Source: Octopus vulgaris (taxonomy: Eukaryota). Taken from it: a DNA stretch of 64,000 nucleotides. The DNA lies in NCBI GenBank assembly GCA_951406725.2, contig OX597817.1:137144001-137208000 (forward strand), written 5' to 3'. The notes under the pieces were generated by a model that did no database searches, was not told where the DNA came from, and was given only the letters and a program-made list of their open reading frames with translations. Made by a program: the position numbers and the translations under genes. Below, one piece after another: positions 63,826-64,000 of this stretch (position 1 is its first letter; each line of letters begins with the position of its first letter).

Positions 63826-63949
63826 ATTTGTTTACCTACCTAGCTAGCTAACTATCCATTTACCTATCCTTAAATCTCTCTCCGCGTAGTTATGTGTGCG
63901 TGTGTGTGAATGTGTAAGTATATATGTGTATATAGATATATGTATATGC

Positions 63950-63990
<41 letters not shown>

Positions 63991-64000
63991 CATATATATA

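Overview
AT-rich, microsatellite-dense animal DNA. The SINE families present suggest an octopus genome (inference, not verified). The only host gene found is a + strand SLC6 Na+/Cl- neurotransmitter transporter of the GABA transporter 1 (GAT-1/SLC6A1) type. Twelve GT-AG coding exons (36679-58226) give about 558 aa from TM2 to the stop. The TM1 exon was not found, so the first ~36.7 kb is probably one long intron. The rest is mobile DNA: a ~4.1 kb R4/Dong-type (RT plus restriction-like endonuclease) LINE in a (TAA)n array with several remnants, a related (CATA)n-associated family, a ~535 bp non-coding TAA-targeted element in four copies, a dead DD37D (maT) transposon, mariner derivatives, Helitron/Helentron derivatives and three tRNA-derived SINE families. 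The most striking unexplained structure is a set of about 12 short elements, mostly fold-backs and from many unrelated families, carrying minimal type I hammerhead ribozyme motifs with palindromic stem III (Penelope-like tails). These include a G3-C8 core variant and a tRNA-headed, hammerhead-tailed SINE-like element. Nearly all short ORFs in the supplied track are microsatellite artefacts. Coordinates and alignments were read by eye.
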